NCBI GenBank assembly: GCA_019659055.1
Contig: JAIFWV010000001.1
Span: forward strand, 6,123-70,122
Source of the DNA: Candidatus Doudnabacteria bacterium
GTDB lineage: Bacteria > Patescibacteriota > Doudnabacteria > UBA920 > O2-02-FULL-48-8
Length of the DNA: 64,000 nucleotides
Reading direction: 5' to 3'
In this document: positions 7,730 through 17,876 of the stretch, piece after piece
How positions within the stretch are numbered: position 1 is the first letter of the stretch
How the letters are laid out: each line of letters begins with the position of its first letter
The notes under the pieces: generated by a model
Databases searched by the model: none
Told to the model about the DNA's origin: nothing
The model's input: only the letters and a program-made list of their open reading frames with translations
Position numbers and translations under genes: made by a program

Positions 7730-9544
7730 ATGCGTGACCCCTGGTTTTTTGTTATACTAAATACATCTATGCAATCATCAACGAAACAAACATACAAAAT
7801 ATTTTGGAGACATGCCCGGCTATATCCTCTCCCGATATTCATCATGCTGTTCTCAATGGTTACCACATCGGCAACCGATCTCTACGTTCCATTGTTGTAC
7901 AAAAAACTCTTCAATCTTCTAACATCACCCGAATCAGTAGCACTTGCTTTAGGAGTTGTTTGGATGGTGCTTGCCGTAAAGTTTATTAATTGGTTTGGAT
8001 GGCGGGCCGGCTCACGTGCTCTGAATTTTTGGCAGCCGAAAGTAATGGCCGATCTTGTGAATAGCAGCTTTGAGTATTTGCAGGGGCATTCTTATAATTT
8101 TTTTACAAACAGGTTTGCAGGCAGTTTGGTGAGGACCGTGAATCGCTTCGAAAGAGCTTTCGAGGATATTTCAGATATAATCTTTTTTGAAATTGGCCAA
8201 ACATTTATTCGCGTCAGCGCGACGATAATTATTCTATTTTTTCAGTACAAAATTTTGGGGCTGATTGTTCTAGTCTGGGTTATTTTATACTGTTTATTTA
8301 TTTTGCTCTTTGCCAGGTATAAATTAAAGTATGACGTCCAATTAGCAGATACTGATTCGGCTGTCACAGGACATTTATCCGACACAATCAGTAATAATAT
8401 CAATCTTAAGATTTTTGGCGGTACAAAAAAGGAATTAGTTCATTTTAAAAAACTAACAGACAAACTATTCAGACTTCGCAACTATTCCTGGAATTTGAGC
8501 GCGTATAATGAAGCAATTCAGGGCGCAATGTTTATTTTCCTTGAGTTTGCGGCCATTTATACCGCCGTACATTACTGGGGGTTGGGGAGGTTAACACTTG
8601 GTGATATCATCTTGGTCCAGGGTTATATAACTTTGATATTTAATAACAGCTGGAATTTGGGAAGAAATGTTCGCAGGCTTTACGAGCGCATTGCCGATGC
8701 CAAGGAATTGACCGATATTTTACTCACACCGCATGAAGTAATGGATGTTCATGATGCGAAAAGTTTGAAAGTTGTCAGCGGCGAGATTGTATTCAAAAAT
8801 GTCGGGTTTAAATACAATAATCAAAATAATATTTTGCACGGATTTAACCTAAGCATTCCAGCCGGCCAGCGCGTAGCACTAGTGGGTCCTTCCGGAGGAG
8901 GTAAAACTACACTTATAAAATTGTTATTTCGCTTCATGGACATACAAGCCGGACAAATTCTGATCGACGGCTCTGAGATCGCTAAGGTAACTCAAGAAAG
9001 TTTACGAAACAATATCGCGTTAGTTCCGCAAGAACCTATTTTATTTCATAGATCATTGTTTGATAATATCTCCTACGCAAAACCCAATGCAACCAAGGCT
9101 GAAGTTGAAAAAGCTGCAAAATTGGCGCATGCCCATGAGTTCATTATGAACTTTCCCGATAAATACGGATCCTTCGTTGGAGAGAGAGGGGTTAAGCTTT
9201 CGGGTGGAGAGCGGCAGCGCGTGGCGATTGCCCGGGCAATTCTTAAGAATGCCCCAATTCTGGTTTTGGACGAAGCCACTTCAAGTTTGGATTCGGAATC
9301 CGAATCCCTGATTCAAGACGCGCTTCATACCCTTATGAAAGGGCGGACCACCATTGCAATAGCACATAGACTTTCTACCATAAAGGACTCGGACCGAATT
9401 ATCGTCATTGAATCCGGTAAAATTGTTGCGGATGGAGATCATAAGACGTTATTAAAAGTAAACAACGGTATTTACCAAAAGCTTTGGGAAATACAAGCGG
9501 GAGGTTTCGAAACAGCCGAAAGCAAAAAGGCAAATGCCAATTGA
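7730..9544 (+). CDS. ABC exporter half-transporter (TMD-NBD fusion), partner of the upstream gene
   Basis: Walker A GPSGGGKTT, signature LSGGERQRVAIARA and Walker B ILVLDEATSSLD are present. An alternative start is the ATG at 7769 (MQSSTKQ). GC is about 40%, lower than its partner at about 50%. Confidence 0.85.
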   Translation: MRDPWFFVILNTSMQSSTKQTYKIFWRHARLYPLPIFIMLFSMVTTSATDLYVPLLYKKLFNLLTSPESVALALGVVWMVLAVKFINWFGWRAGSRALNFWQPKVMADLVNSSFEYLQGHSYNFFTNRFAGSLVRTVNRFERAFEDISDIIFFEIGQTFIRVSATIIILFFQYKILGLIVLVWVILYCLFILLFARYKLKYDVQLADTDSAVTGHLSDTISNNINLKIFGGTKKELVHFKKLTDKLFRLRNYSWNLSAYNEAIQGAMFIFLEFAAIYTAVHYWGLGRLTLGDIILVQGYITLIFNNSWNLGRNVRRLYERIADAKELTDILLTPHEVMDVHDAKSLKVVSGEIVFKNVGFKYNNQNNILHGFNLSIPAGQRVALVGPSGGGKTTLIKLLFRFMDIQAGQILIDGSEIAKVTQESLRNNIALVPQEPILFHRSLFDNISYAKPNATKAEVEKAAKLAHAHEFIMNFPDKYGSFVGERGVKLSGGERQRVAIARAILKNAPILVLDEATSSLDSESESLIQDALHTLMKGRTTIAIAHRLSTIKDSDRIIVIESGKIVADGDHKTLLKVNNGIYQKLWEIQAGGFETAESKKANAN

Positions 9545-9597
9545 CGAACGATTGTTGGCGTTTTATGCTTTAGGTAATCATTAATATTTAAACACAT

Positions 9598-10032
9598 ATG
9601 CCAGTGGTTCCGATAAATTATTTGGCAGTGCTGGTCTGCGGTGTTGCCGCCATGCTGCTTGGGTTTCTATATTTTGGTCCGTTGTTTGGAAAATTATATT
9701 CCCGGCTCATGGGATTTGACGCTATGGATCCATTAGCGCGAGAAGAGCTCAAGAAGGGTATGGGCAAGTCATACATGATCACCTTCGTCGGTAGTTTAGT
9801 CACGGCTTGGGTTTTGGCTCACGCCATCATCTATGCGGGTAACTATATGCATTGGTCAGGGCTCACAGCTGGTCTTGCGACTGGTTTTATGAGCTGGCTC
9901 GGGTTTATGGCCACAGTAACCCTGGGCAATGTCCTCTGGGGCCGGCAATCCTGGAAGCTCTGGACCTTGAGTAATGGGCATAATCTGCTCCAGCTCTTGG
10001 TTTTCGGGGCAATTTTGGGCACCTGGAAATAG
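9598..10032 (+). CDS. DUF1761-like small membrane protein
   Basis: There are four predicted TM segments and an MPVVPINYLAVLV-type N-terminus. Confidence 0.6.
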   Translation: MPVVPINYLAVLVCGVAAMLLGFLYFGPLFGKLYSRLMGFDAMDPLAREELKKGMGKSYMITFVGSLVTAWVLAHAIIYAGNYMHWSGLTAGLATGFMSWLGFMATVTLGNVLWGRQSWKLWTLSNGHNLLQLLVFGAILGTWK

Positions 10033-10120
10033 AACATTCCTACCAACAAGAAAAGCGGCCCATTGCCGCTTTTTGATTTTGAGAATATACTTATTGCAAG
10101 CATTAACATTTTATAAATAT

Positions 10121-10693
10121 ATGTGGATTTTATGGGTGGTTCTGGCTTTAGTACTGATCGGCGTCGGATTATATAATTCGCTCATCCGCGGCCGCAACAA
10201 AGTCGATGAGTCTTGGAGCGATATCGAAGTCCAGCTCAAACGTCGGTATGATTTGATTCCGAATTTGGTGGCCACAGTAAAGGGTTATGCAGTACACGAG
10301 CAGGGGACTTTGGACAAAGTCATAGAGGCTCGGTCCAAAGCCACAAGCATCACTATGGATCCGGACAAGCTCAACCCTGAGCAGATGCAGAAATTCCAGG
10401 CGGCACAGGGGGAATTATCCATGGCCATCGGCCGATTGTTTGCCCTCGCGGAAAACTATCCGAACCTCAAAGCCAATGAGAATTTCATGAAGCTTCATGA
10501 AGACCTCACCGACACTGAGAACAAGATCCAAGCCGCGCGCAGGTTCTACAACGGTAATGTCCGGGACTATAATACCAAGCTCCAGGTTTTCCCAACCAAT
10601 ATGTTTGCCAACCTGTTTGGGTTTACCAAGCGTGAATTCTTCGACATAGACGAGAAGGGTCCCGAAGGCCAGGCTCCAAAAGTCGAATTCTAA
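10121..10693 (+). CDS. lemA: LemA family protein
   Basis: An N-terminal TM is followed by NSLIRGRNKVDESWSDIEVQLKRRYDLIPNLVATVKGYAVHEQGTL, the LemA signature. The start was moved to the ATG at 10121. Confidence 0.85.
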   Translation: MWILWVVLALVLIGVGLYNSLIRGRNKVDESWSDIEVQLKRRYDLIPNLVATVKGYAVHEQGTLDKVIEARSKATSITMDPDKLNPEQMQKFQAAQGELSMAIGRLFALAENYPNLKANENFMKLHEDLTDTENKIQAARRFYNGNVRDYNTKLQVFPTNMFANLFGFTKREFFDIDEKGPEGQAPKVEF

Positions 10694-10701
10694 GAGAGTG
10701 G

Positions 10702-11271
10702 ATGAAGCCTAATAAGAAAAAACAACTTGAAGTTCTGAAAAGGAAAATGCAGGCTGATCAAAGCCTGCCTTTTCGTAAGACCGCAAAAAATCTGGTTTTC
10801 GGAGAGGGGAGTCTAAACCCGAAAATCTACATTCTCGGTGAGGCACCGGGGCGGACGGAAGACGAAACCGGGCAGCCTTTCGTCGGCCGGTCGGGGAAAT
10901 TCCTAAGAGAACTGATTACGAGTATAGGATTCGATCCGCTCAAGGATGTTTATATCACCAGTGTCGTGCGCTTCCGTCCGCCCGAGAACAAAACCCCTAC
11001 GCCCAAGCAAGTAGCGGCTTATGAGAAATATATCAATCTTGAGCTTCAAATCATAAAACCTAAACTGATCGTAACGGTCGGTGGAGTATCTCTCAAGAAA
11101 TTCAGCCGAGAACCTATAACTAAAATTCACGCTAAACCCATGCAGGTGAGTTGGCTTGGGGCTCGATTTACGCTCGTGCCCATGTTTCATCCGGCGGCGG
11201 CATTGCGCAATCCCGCCATCAAACGGGCCATGATCAGGGATTTCCAAAAGCTCAAAGCTTTGGTAAAATGA
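10702..11271 (+). CDS. uracil-DNA glycosylase, family 4
   Basis: GEGSLNPKIYILGEAPGRTEDETGQPFVGRSGKFL and the HPAA motif are present. Confidence 0.85.
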   Translation: MKPNKKKQLEVLKRKMQADQSLPFRKTAKNLVFGEGSLNPKIYILGEAPGRTEDETGQPFVGRSGKFLRELITSIGFDPLKDVYITSVVRFRPPENKTPTPKQVAAYEKYINLELQIIKPKLIVTVGGVSLKKFSREPITKIHAKPMQVSWLGARFTLVPMFHPAAALRNPAIKRAMIRDFQKLKALVK

Positions 11272-11275
11272 ATAC

Positions 11276-11542
11276 ATGGTAAAGCATCTGGACATTTTTG
11301 TCTTTGGAGATGTGAAGGGCGTGGGTTTCCGTGCGGCCGCGAAAGCTGTGGCTCAGAATCTGGGGATCATGGGTTATGTCCGCAACGAAGGGCGATTTGT
11401 GATTATCGAAGCGGAAGCCGAAGAGGATACACTCGATAACTTCTTGGAATGGTGCAAACAAGGCCCGGACTCGGCCAAAGTTGAGAAGGTCGATTTTAAA
11501 GAGGGGCACCTAAAAACTTTCCGCGAATTCAGCATTCTATAA
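11276..11542 (+). CDS. acyP: acylphosphatase
   Basis: VKGVGFR...GYVRNEGRFV matches the acylphosphatase fold signature. Confidence 0.8.
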   Translation: MVKHLDIFVFGDVKGVGFRAAAKAVAQNLGIMGYVRNEGRFVIIEAEAEEDTLDNFLEWCKQGPDSAKVEKVDFKEGHLKTFREFSIL

Positions 11543-11629
11543 ACAATTAATAAAAGGCAACCTCTCCCGGCCTGCGGCCACCCTCCCCTGAGTGGGGAGG
11601 GACAAACTGAGGTCGTCACTGGAAACAAA

Positions 11630-11959
11630 ATGGCAAAACAATCGTTAGAAACCAAAAGGCAGGTTTACATTTTCGCGTTTACGTTCCTGGGATTGCTCAT
11701 GGGTGTAGTGGTTTACGGTTTGGGTAGTCTGATCATTATTTACAAAGGTTATTTTTTGAACTTTAATTGGTACCTGGGTATTTTGCTTGCCGGCGGTACT
11801 ATCGCCGGATTTATGGAAGGCCAGCGGTGGTGGCGGATTATATACGTGGAGAAAGCTTATCTCAAATGGTCCAAAGCCAAGCACGAGACAAAACTGCTAG
11901 GGCTGGCTCTGCTGATAATTTTCACACTTGCCATAGTTTTTCTTGCACGGCAATATTAG
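11630..11959 (+). CDS. hypothetical membrane protein (109 aa, 3 TM)
   Basis: The call rests on the hydrophobic segments only. Confidence 0.5.
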   Translation: MAKQSLETKRQVYIFAFTFLGLLMGVVVYGLGSLIIIYKGYFLNFNWYLGILLAGGTIAGFMEGQRWWRIIYVEKAYLKWSKAKHETKLLGLALLIIFTLAIVFLARQY

Positions 11960-11963
11960 AAAC

Positions 11964-12419
11964 ATGAAATTAGAAAGTTCTGCATTTGAAGACGGTGGAA
12001 TGATACCCACAAAATATGCTTGCGACGGGGACAAAGTCAACCCGTCTCTTGCTTTTTTGGAGGTCCCTGCCGGCACCAAAACACTATCTCTAATAATGGA
12101 AGATCCGGATGTTCCGCGAAGTTTGCGGCCTGATGGCATGTTTGATCATTGGGTAATTTGGAATATGCCGGCAAATACCAAAGGCATCGACGAAAACTCG
12201 AAACCGCCTGGGATAGTCGGCCAAAACAGCCGCGGGACTTTGGAATATGTCCCGCCCTGCCCGCCTGACCGTGAACATAGATACTTTTTTATGCTTTACG
12301 CGCTCGATGATACCTTGCAATTGTCTCCGACTTCAAACAAGCCCGACCTCCTCAAGGCCATGATCGGCCATATAATCGATCAAGCTCAGCTTGTCGGACG
12401 TTATAACCGAAATAAATGA
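11964..12419 (+). CDS. YbhB/YbcL family (PEBP/Raf-kinase-inhibitor-like) protein
   Basis: MKLESSAFEDGGMIPTKYACDGDKVNPSLAF...DPDVP...HWVIWNMP is present. The start is set at the ATG at 11964. Confidence 0.8.
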   Translation: MKLESSAFEDGGMIPTKYACDGDKVNPSLAFLEVPAGTKTLSLIMEDPDVPRSLRPDGMFDHWVIWNMPANTKGIDENSKPPGIVGQNSRGTLEYVPPCPPDREHRYFFMLYALDDTLQLSPTSNKPDLLKAMIGHIIDQAQLVGRYNRNK

Positions 12420-13603
12420 AAAATTTTATAAAAAATCTTATCGTCGCTGTCGCGGGGATCGTCGTCCTCGGCGCCATATATTTTTATTGGCATAATTTAC
12501 GCGGACTTTTACCCGTGATAAAAAACCCGTCAGGCAATATAGCTGACATTGTCGAAGGCCAAGATCAAAATTCCACCAATTTCCCGCTCAAGCTGCCCGA
12601 TGGGTTTAGTATTGAAATCTTTGCGAAAAATCTACCTGGGGTCAGAACCATGGCCTGGGATAGTTTCGGTAACATTTGGGTCGCACGGACCTCCAAAGGA
12701 GTCGTTACAGAACTTGAGGTCAAAAATGGCAAAGTCAGTTCGCAAAATGATGTTTTTAAGAATCTAAAGAATCCACACGGCCTGGCGATCGAAGAGAGCA
12801 CCTTGTATTTAGCTGAGGAGACGAAGATCTCGAAAGTCGCTCTGTACTCAGAGGATTCTCTGCACAAACTTGTGGACCTGCCCTCTTCTGGCGGCGGTCA
12901 TTTTACCCGCACGCTAGGGTTTGGTCCCGACGGCAGGCTTTACGTTTCCATCGGTTCTTCCTGCAATGTCTGCCGGGAATCAGATGAGCGCCGCGCCGCT
13001 ATTTATTCCATGAAGAAGGACGGAACGGATTTTAAACAATACGCCAAGGGCTTGCGTAACACCGTTTTCTTTACCTGGAGTTATGTCGATGGCTCGATGT
13101 GGGGCACGGACAACGGTCGTGATCTTTTGGGCGACAATATTCCACCGGACGAAATAAACCTGCTCAAGGAAGGCGGTAATTATGGCTGGCCCAATTGTTA
13201 CGGCAACAATGTTCACGATGATAATTTCGACAAAAATACCTATATCCGCAACCCATGCATGGAGCCTTTCGAAACTCCGGCCAAAGTGGAACTTCAGGCC
13301 CACTCAGCACCGCTCGGACTCTCGTTTGTACCAGAAGAAGGATGGCCAGAAGAATATTGGTACAACCTTATCGTGGCTTTTCACGGTTCTTGGAACCGCA
13401 GCATTCCGACCGGGTACAAACTCGTTCGGATTAAATTAGATTCTAAAGGTCATTACTTGGGTACTGAAGATTTTCTTACAGGATTTCTGCAAGGAAGTTC
13501 GGCACTCGGCCGCCCAGTGGGGGTGTACGCACAGCCTGGAGGCGTAGTTTACGTCACCGATGATAAGGCTGGGGTGATATATAGAATTTTTAGAACAAAA
13601 TAA
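12416..13603 (+). CDS. PQQ-dependent sugar (glucose/sorbosone) dehydrogenase family protein
   Basis: An N-terminal TM is followed by beta-propeller motifs, including GGNYGWPNCYG. Confidence 0.8.
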   Translation: MKNFIKNLIVAVAGIVVLGAIYFYWHNLRGLLPVIKNPSGNIADIVEGQDQNSTNFPLKLPDGFSIEIFAKNLPGVRTMAWDSFGNIWVARTSKGVVTELEVKNGKVSSQNDVFKNLKNPHGLAIEESTLYLAEETKISKVALYSEDSLHKLVDLPSSGGGHFTRTLGFGPDGRLYVSIGSSCNVCRESDERRAAIYSMKKDGTDFKQYAKGLRNTVFFTWSYVDGSMWGTDNGRDLLGDNIPPDEINLLKEGGNYGWPNCYGNNVHDDNFDKNTYIRNPCMEPFETPAKVELQAHSAPLGLSFVPEEGWPEEYWYNLIVAFHGSWNRSIPTGYKLVRIKLDSKGHYLGTEDFLTGFLQGSSALGRPVGVYAQPGGVVYVTDDKAGVIYRIFRTK

Positions 13604-13682
13604 GCCTGGCTTCTCCCATCTCGACCGAAGGGAGAGATCCCTCTTTAAAAGCGATTTCTCGCTCCACTCGAAATGGTACCAA

Positions 13683-13753
13683 AACCAGGCTGCAGCTTGG
13701 TTTCTGTTTTTTTCCAGCTTCTCAGCTTCTCAGCTTCTAGATTCCAGCTTCCC
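13683..13753. repeat. 3' UTR repeat element, copy A: hairpin aaccaggctgcagcttggtt plus a GAAGCTG-type tandem octamer array
   Basis: It is nearly identical to the element at 48075-48144. It sits immediately 3' of the stop codon of the minus-strand gene 13757..15655 and 3' of the plus-strand gene ending at 13603. T-runs flank the hairpin on both sides, so it can terminate in both directions. Confidence 0.7.
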
Positions 13754-13756
13754 ATC

Positions 13757-15655
13757 TTACCGTGCAATGTATATTTGCACACTTTTTTGCGCGATGATTG
13801 TACCGGTTGAGTCTTTGGCCACGTAGTTGATTATGTATGGGCCATTATTTCTCCACCACCAGCCGGAAACGTCCACCCAGGCTTCTTTGTGCGGGGTATC
13901 TGTGAAGCTATCAAACATCGGATTCAAATTTCCATTATCGACCTGCCAGTACATTTGATACTGCGAAAGAGCAAATCCTGCAAGGAGAACCTTGAAAGCT
14001 GTTGTCCCAGCAATCGTGGAGCCGTCTGTAGGCCACCAGACCTCAATATTTGCACTTACAGGAGGCGGGGGCGGGGGAGTAGGACTTGGAGTTGGGGTTG
14101 GTGTGGGCGATGGCGTAGGCGGGGCATCGGTACATGTGATCCGCGCATTGGCCCAATCTGCATGGTCTTTGGCCACGCCATTACCGCCATCAGTTACAAC
14201 CAAATTTAATTCTGTGACTTGAGTGATATTCAAACTTATAGTTTTGTTGGCAGAGTTATACCAGCGCAAACCGCTGTCATATATTTTTGTACTACCAGAA
14301 AAAACTTGGAACACCACCGAACCTCTGGCGCTAATTTCATCATCTACTCCTACCACTGCCGAAAAATTAGTACAGCCTGAGATCGTATAGGTAACTTTGG
14401 ACATCGCGTGCACGCCCAAGCCCTTGTCATAAATCGTACCATTGAGAGTTAGCTTATGTCCGTCGCCTGCGGCAGTCTCGCCGTTACTCATGTCTTTTTC
14501 GACTGGACCCCAACCATTCGTTGCAGAAATCCAAGTTATATCACTTAGGTATTTGACTTTGGAGTCTCCGGGAGGTGTTTCGACTGGCGGTGTGTCTGAG
14601 GTAAACCAGCTCTTGATGGTATTCAATGCTGGCTTACCTTGGGGTGTGAAATCAGAATTACTTGTGCCGCCTGCGTTTGGATTCGTACTCCAATCCCAAA
14701 ACTGCACACCGGCAAAATACGGATAATCTTTCCAATAATCAAACAAAGACTGGTAACCATTGATTTGTTCTTGCAAGTCTACAGGCCCGGTCATAGACCA
14801 GCTTGCTGGGTGCGTAAGTGCACAATCAACGCTCCGGTAACCGACCTCGGTAAAAATTATAGGTTTACCATATTTATCGGCAAGCGGCTTCACGCGAGAG
14901 ATGTTGATATTATTCCAAGCGGATTGTAAATCAGAAAGCGAATCATTGCAGGTACTCCCGATATGGTAATAAGCGGAGATACCTATATAATCCAGCTCAG
15001 GCCAAAATCCGATATAATCGACTTCATCGCGCCAACTGCCTATATCCCAATTGGCGGAGTAAGTAAGCTTACCAGTGTAGATACTTCGCAGGTTTGCGAT
15101 TAAATTTTTCCAGTTTTGGGTGTTGGTGCTGTTAAGGTTTTCTGAGGCCATATGGATAAGCTCTGTGCCGATCGTTATCATTTCCACGTGATTTTCCTGT
15201 GCAATAAGGCCGTAGTGATTCAATATGAGACCATAGTTTGTAAACCAGGCATTGCGATCACTGGGGTTGATATCTGCTCGCCAGGTGGTGTCGTGATTGT
15301 CCAAATGCGGCTTGAGGTTTACAGCCAGGCCCAGGGAATGTGCATAATCGACAGCGGCTTTGAGAGAGTCGTCACTTGGGGTATTGGCGCTCGGATATAG
15401 ATTAGTATCGTAGATTGTATTTTGCGAATACGGAATGATGAATGTAACATAATTTCCTCCTGTGACTTTGAACTGGTTTAGTGATTCATGAAATGATGCT
15501 GAAGAAAAATCTGTACTCGATTGGGGGACGAAACTAAATCCTTTTTGCCAGGTGCTAGTTGAAGCCTGGACCTTGGGTGAAATAAAAAGCACTCCCAGCA
15601 GCAATGCTGGAAGGAGTGCTTTTATATTCAATATGATGAGTCTACTGGCTAACAT
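13757..15655 (-). CDS. secreted glycoside-hydrolase-like protein (clan GH-A TIM-barrel core) with an NPCBM domain and a conserved C-terminal domain
   Basis: It has a signal peptide, and NLKPH / FTEVGY catalytic-core-like motifs. YLSDITWISATNGWGPVEKDMSNGE...KGLGVHA...VGVDDE is an NPCBM/NEW2 signature. A PT-rich linker follows. The C-terminal 100 aa are shared with the next gene. Confidence 0.75.
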   Translation of the reverse strand: MLASRLIILNIKALLPALLLGVLFISPKVQASTSTWQKGFSFVPQSSTDFSSASFHESLNQFKVTGGNYVTFIIPYSQNTIYDTNLYPSANTPSDDSLKAAVDYAHSLGLAVNLKPHLDNHDTTWRADINPSDRNAWFTNYGLILNHYGLIAQENHVEMITIGTELIHMASENLNSTNTQNWKNLIANLRSIYTGKLTYSANWDIGSWRDEVDYIGFWPELDYIGISAYYHIGSTCNDSLSDLQSAWNNINISRVKPLADKYGKPIIFTEVGYRSVDCALTHPASWSMTGPVDLQEQINGYQSLFDYWKDYPYFAGVQFWDWSTNPNAGGTSNSDFTPQGKPALNTIKSWFTSDTPPVETPPGDSKVKYLSDITWISATNGWGPVEKDMSNGETAAGDGHKLTLNGTIYDKGLGVHAMSKVTYTISGCTNFSAVVGVDDEISARGSVVFQVFSGSTKIYDSGLRWYNSANKTISLNITQVTELNLVVTDGGNGVAKDHADWANARITCTDAPPTPSPTPTPTPSPTPPPPPPVSANIEVWWPTDGSTIAGTTAFKVLLAGFALSQYQMYWQVDNGNLNPMFDSFTDTPHKEAWVDVSGWWWRNNGPYIINYVAKDSTGTIIAQKSVQIYIAR

Positions 15656-17876
15656 GGATGGTTATAGATTTCTGAGCGATAATTGCACCGCTGGCATTCT
15701 TGGCCACAAATGTAACCGTGTAATTATTATCCGATCTCCAAGTCCAGCCTGAGACATCCACGAGCGATTCTTTGTGCGGGAAATCGGCAGTACTATTGCT
15801 CATGAGGTTGAGCGTGCCGCTATCGACTTGCCAGTACATTTGATACTGCGAGACATCCAATCCGTCCACTACAGCTTTGAATGGTTGAACTCCTTGCAGA
15901 GTCGCCCCATTGTTAGGCCACCAAATATTGATAGTTCCGGAAGTGGGTGGAGGGGTTGGAGTTGGAGTCGGCGTAGGCGTCGGAGTTACATGTTGGGCCC
16001 ACGAGACTTTCGCGGTAGCATCACCAGTATTTTCATAGTACCTCACCTCCACCAGATGGTTGCCAGCTCCCAAAGGCATGGAGAAGTTGTATGTGGTCGG
16101 CGGCTGATCAACCCATTTATCCAAGACTGAGTTGCCGTCTATACTCATTCGAATTCCATCATCGGCAATGACGGTGAAATCGTATGTCGCCGCATTGAAA
16201 TTGAATGTCCCTATCCATTGGGCCGAGAAAGTATCTGCGCCAATCAAAGGATCAGGTGAACCAGCACCCCACTGGAAGTTTATCGTCGCATCGTTGCGCG
16301 CCACTTTGAAATTGGTTAAATCCGAGTTATCGAAGTAACAGCCCTTAAATGAACCGACACTTAGCGAACTGCAGGTAGTAGGCGTGGGACTTGGCGTCGG
16401 TGTGGGTGTCGGTGTTGGCGTAGGGGTGGTCGCGACGGTAAAGCTTCCGGCATTGGAATTCCAGTCATAATTCGTTGTCCATCCGGAAGAGAATACACCT
16501 ACGGCGATGCTATAGTTACCGGTTGCGGTAGGAGTCCAATTGAGACTATACGTCTTGGTCTGTCCCGCAGTGAAGGATTGACTATCCGTGAACTGCTGAG
16601 CAACCTTGGTCCCACCAGAATTATAGACTTCCACGTCCACCAAAATATTGCTCGTCGCGGCATTGCTTTTGACATTGGCATTCACGGCCAGTTGTTGATT
16701 GACCACCGGGGAAGTCGGAGTGACACTCGCATTGCTTGTGAAATTTCCAGCGGGCGGTGGAGTTGGTGTTGGACTCGGAGTCGGTGTAGGCGTGGGGGTA
16801 GGAGTCGGGGTTGGAGTTACACCTCCGGCAAAGTATCTTGCAATGACTGCTTGGGCAGGTTTGTTTTGCGGAGTGTAATCGGTATTACCCACGCCGCCGG
16901 CGTTGGGATCAGAATCCCAATCCCACAAGTTTACGCCGCCGAAGAACGACTGATTGTTCCAATATTGGAAAAGGGCTTCGTATAGATTGGCTTGCTCCGT
17001 GCCGTTGTAGCCCTTGTACCATTTGTAATCATAATTCCAAGGCTGCTGTCTGGCATCGTTGACGCTTTGGTAACCGACTTCGGTAAATTTCACAGGCTTA
17101 CCGTATTGGGTATTGAGCGGCTTGATATTGCTGTTATTCCAATTGTCCCAGCTCTGTTTGACTTCGTCGATAGATGCAGGCGACGTCGGGGTCCAGTGTT
17201 CATAGTACCCAGACACGCCAATGGTATCCAAATCGCCCCAGAATTGAATTTGGTTTGTCTCGGTGGCAAAATCTCCCGAGCCCCAGTTGGCAGAATAATT
17301 CAGTTTGATCCCGGAGTAAGATGCGCGCATGCTTGCGATGATACTCTTCCAGCGGTCGGTGTTGTCGGTGTTGATGCGGGCCGAAGTCGTGGAGATGAGC
17401 TCGGTGCCGATCGTAATCTCATCCGGTCCAGCCGCGGCTAAGCCCTTGAGCATTGTGAGGTAATTGGCAAAAAAACTATTGCGGTCTGAAGGCGCAATAT
17501 TGGCGCGCCACGTGCACAATCCGCCCCAGGTGTCGTAGGCTTGCAAATGCGGCTTTAAGTTTATCTGCATTCCGAGTGAACGGGCATACGCAATCCCGCT
17601 GGCCAAGGATGCGGCTGTGGGTGTGTTCCAGCCAGCGTCGACATTGCTTGATTGGCAATTGCTGGTGTAGTAAGGAACGATCAAACTTAGCGTGTTCGCG
17701 TTTACGGCTTTGAGATTGTTTACTGATTGCTTAAACGAATCACTTCCAAAATCGGTGGAGGATTTTGGCTCCATGCTCGCAGCTTTTTGCCAATTAGTAA
17801 TGGCGGCCTGAGCCTGCATCGTGGTTGCAAACAACAAGAGCAGGATCAAACCTGATAATTTTGCAAGAAATTTCAT
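15642..17876 (-). CDS. secreted glycoside-hydrolase-like protein (paralogue) with an Ig-like domain, a PA14 domain and the shared C-terminal domain
   Basis: The GH core is paralogous to the upstream gene. GCYFDN...DATINFQW...FSAQWIG...DDGIRMSIDG...HLVEVRYYENTGDA is a PA14 signature. PT linkers are present, and ...QYQMYWQVD..G.LN.M...DVSGW.WR is shared with 13757..15655. Confidence 0.75.
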   Translation of the reverse strand: MKFLAKLSGLILLLLFATTMQAQAAITNWQKAASMEPKSSTDFGSDSFKQSVNNLKAVNANTLSLIVPYYTSNCQSSNVDAGWNTPTAASLASGIAYARSLGMQINLKPHLQAYDTWGGLCTWRANIAPSDRNSFFANYLTMLKGLAAAGPDEITIGTELISTTSARINTDNTDRWKSIIASMRASYSGIKLNYSANWGSGDFATETNQIQFWGDLDTIGVSGYYEHWTPTSPASIDEVKQSWDNWNNSNIKPLNTQYGKPVKFTEVGYQSVNDARQQPWNYDYKWYKGYNGTEQANLYEALFQYWNNQSFFGGVNLWDWDSDPNAGGVGNTDYTPQNKPAQAVIARYFAGGVTPTPTPTPTPTPTPSPTPTPPPAGNFTSNASVTPTSPVVNQQLAVNANVKSNAATSNILVDVEVYNSGGTKVAQQFTDSQSFTAGQTKTYSLNWTPTATGNYSIAVGVFSSGWTTNYDWNSNAGSFTVATTPTPTPTPTPTPSPTPTTCSSLSVGSFKGCYFDNSDLTNFKVARNDATINFQWGAGSPDPLIGADTFSAQWIGTFNFNAATYDFTVIADDGIRMSIDGNSVLDKWVDQPPTTYNFSMPLGAGNHLVEVRYYENTGDATAKVSWAQHVTPTPTPTPTPTPPPTSGTINIWWPNNGATLQGVQPFKAVVDGLDVSQYQMYWQVDSGTLNLMSNSTADFPHKESLVDVSGWTWRSDNNYTVTFVAKNASGAIIAQKSITIHVSQ

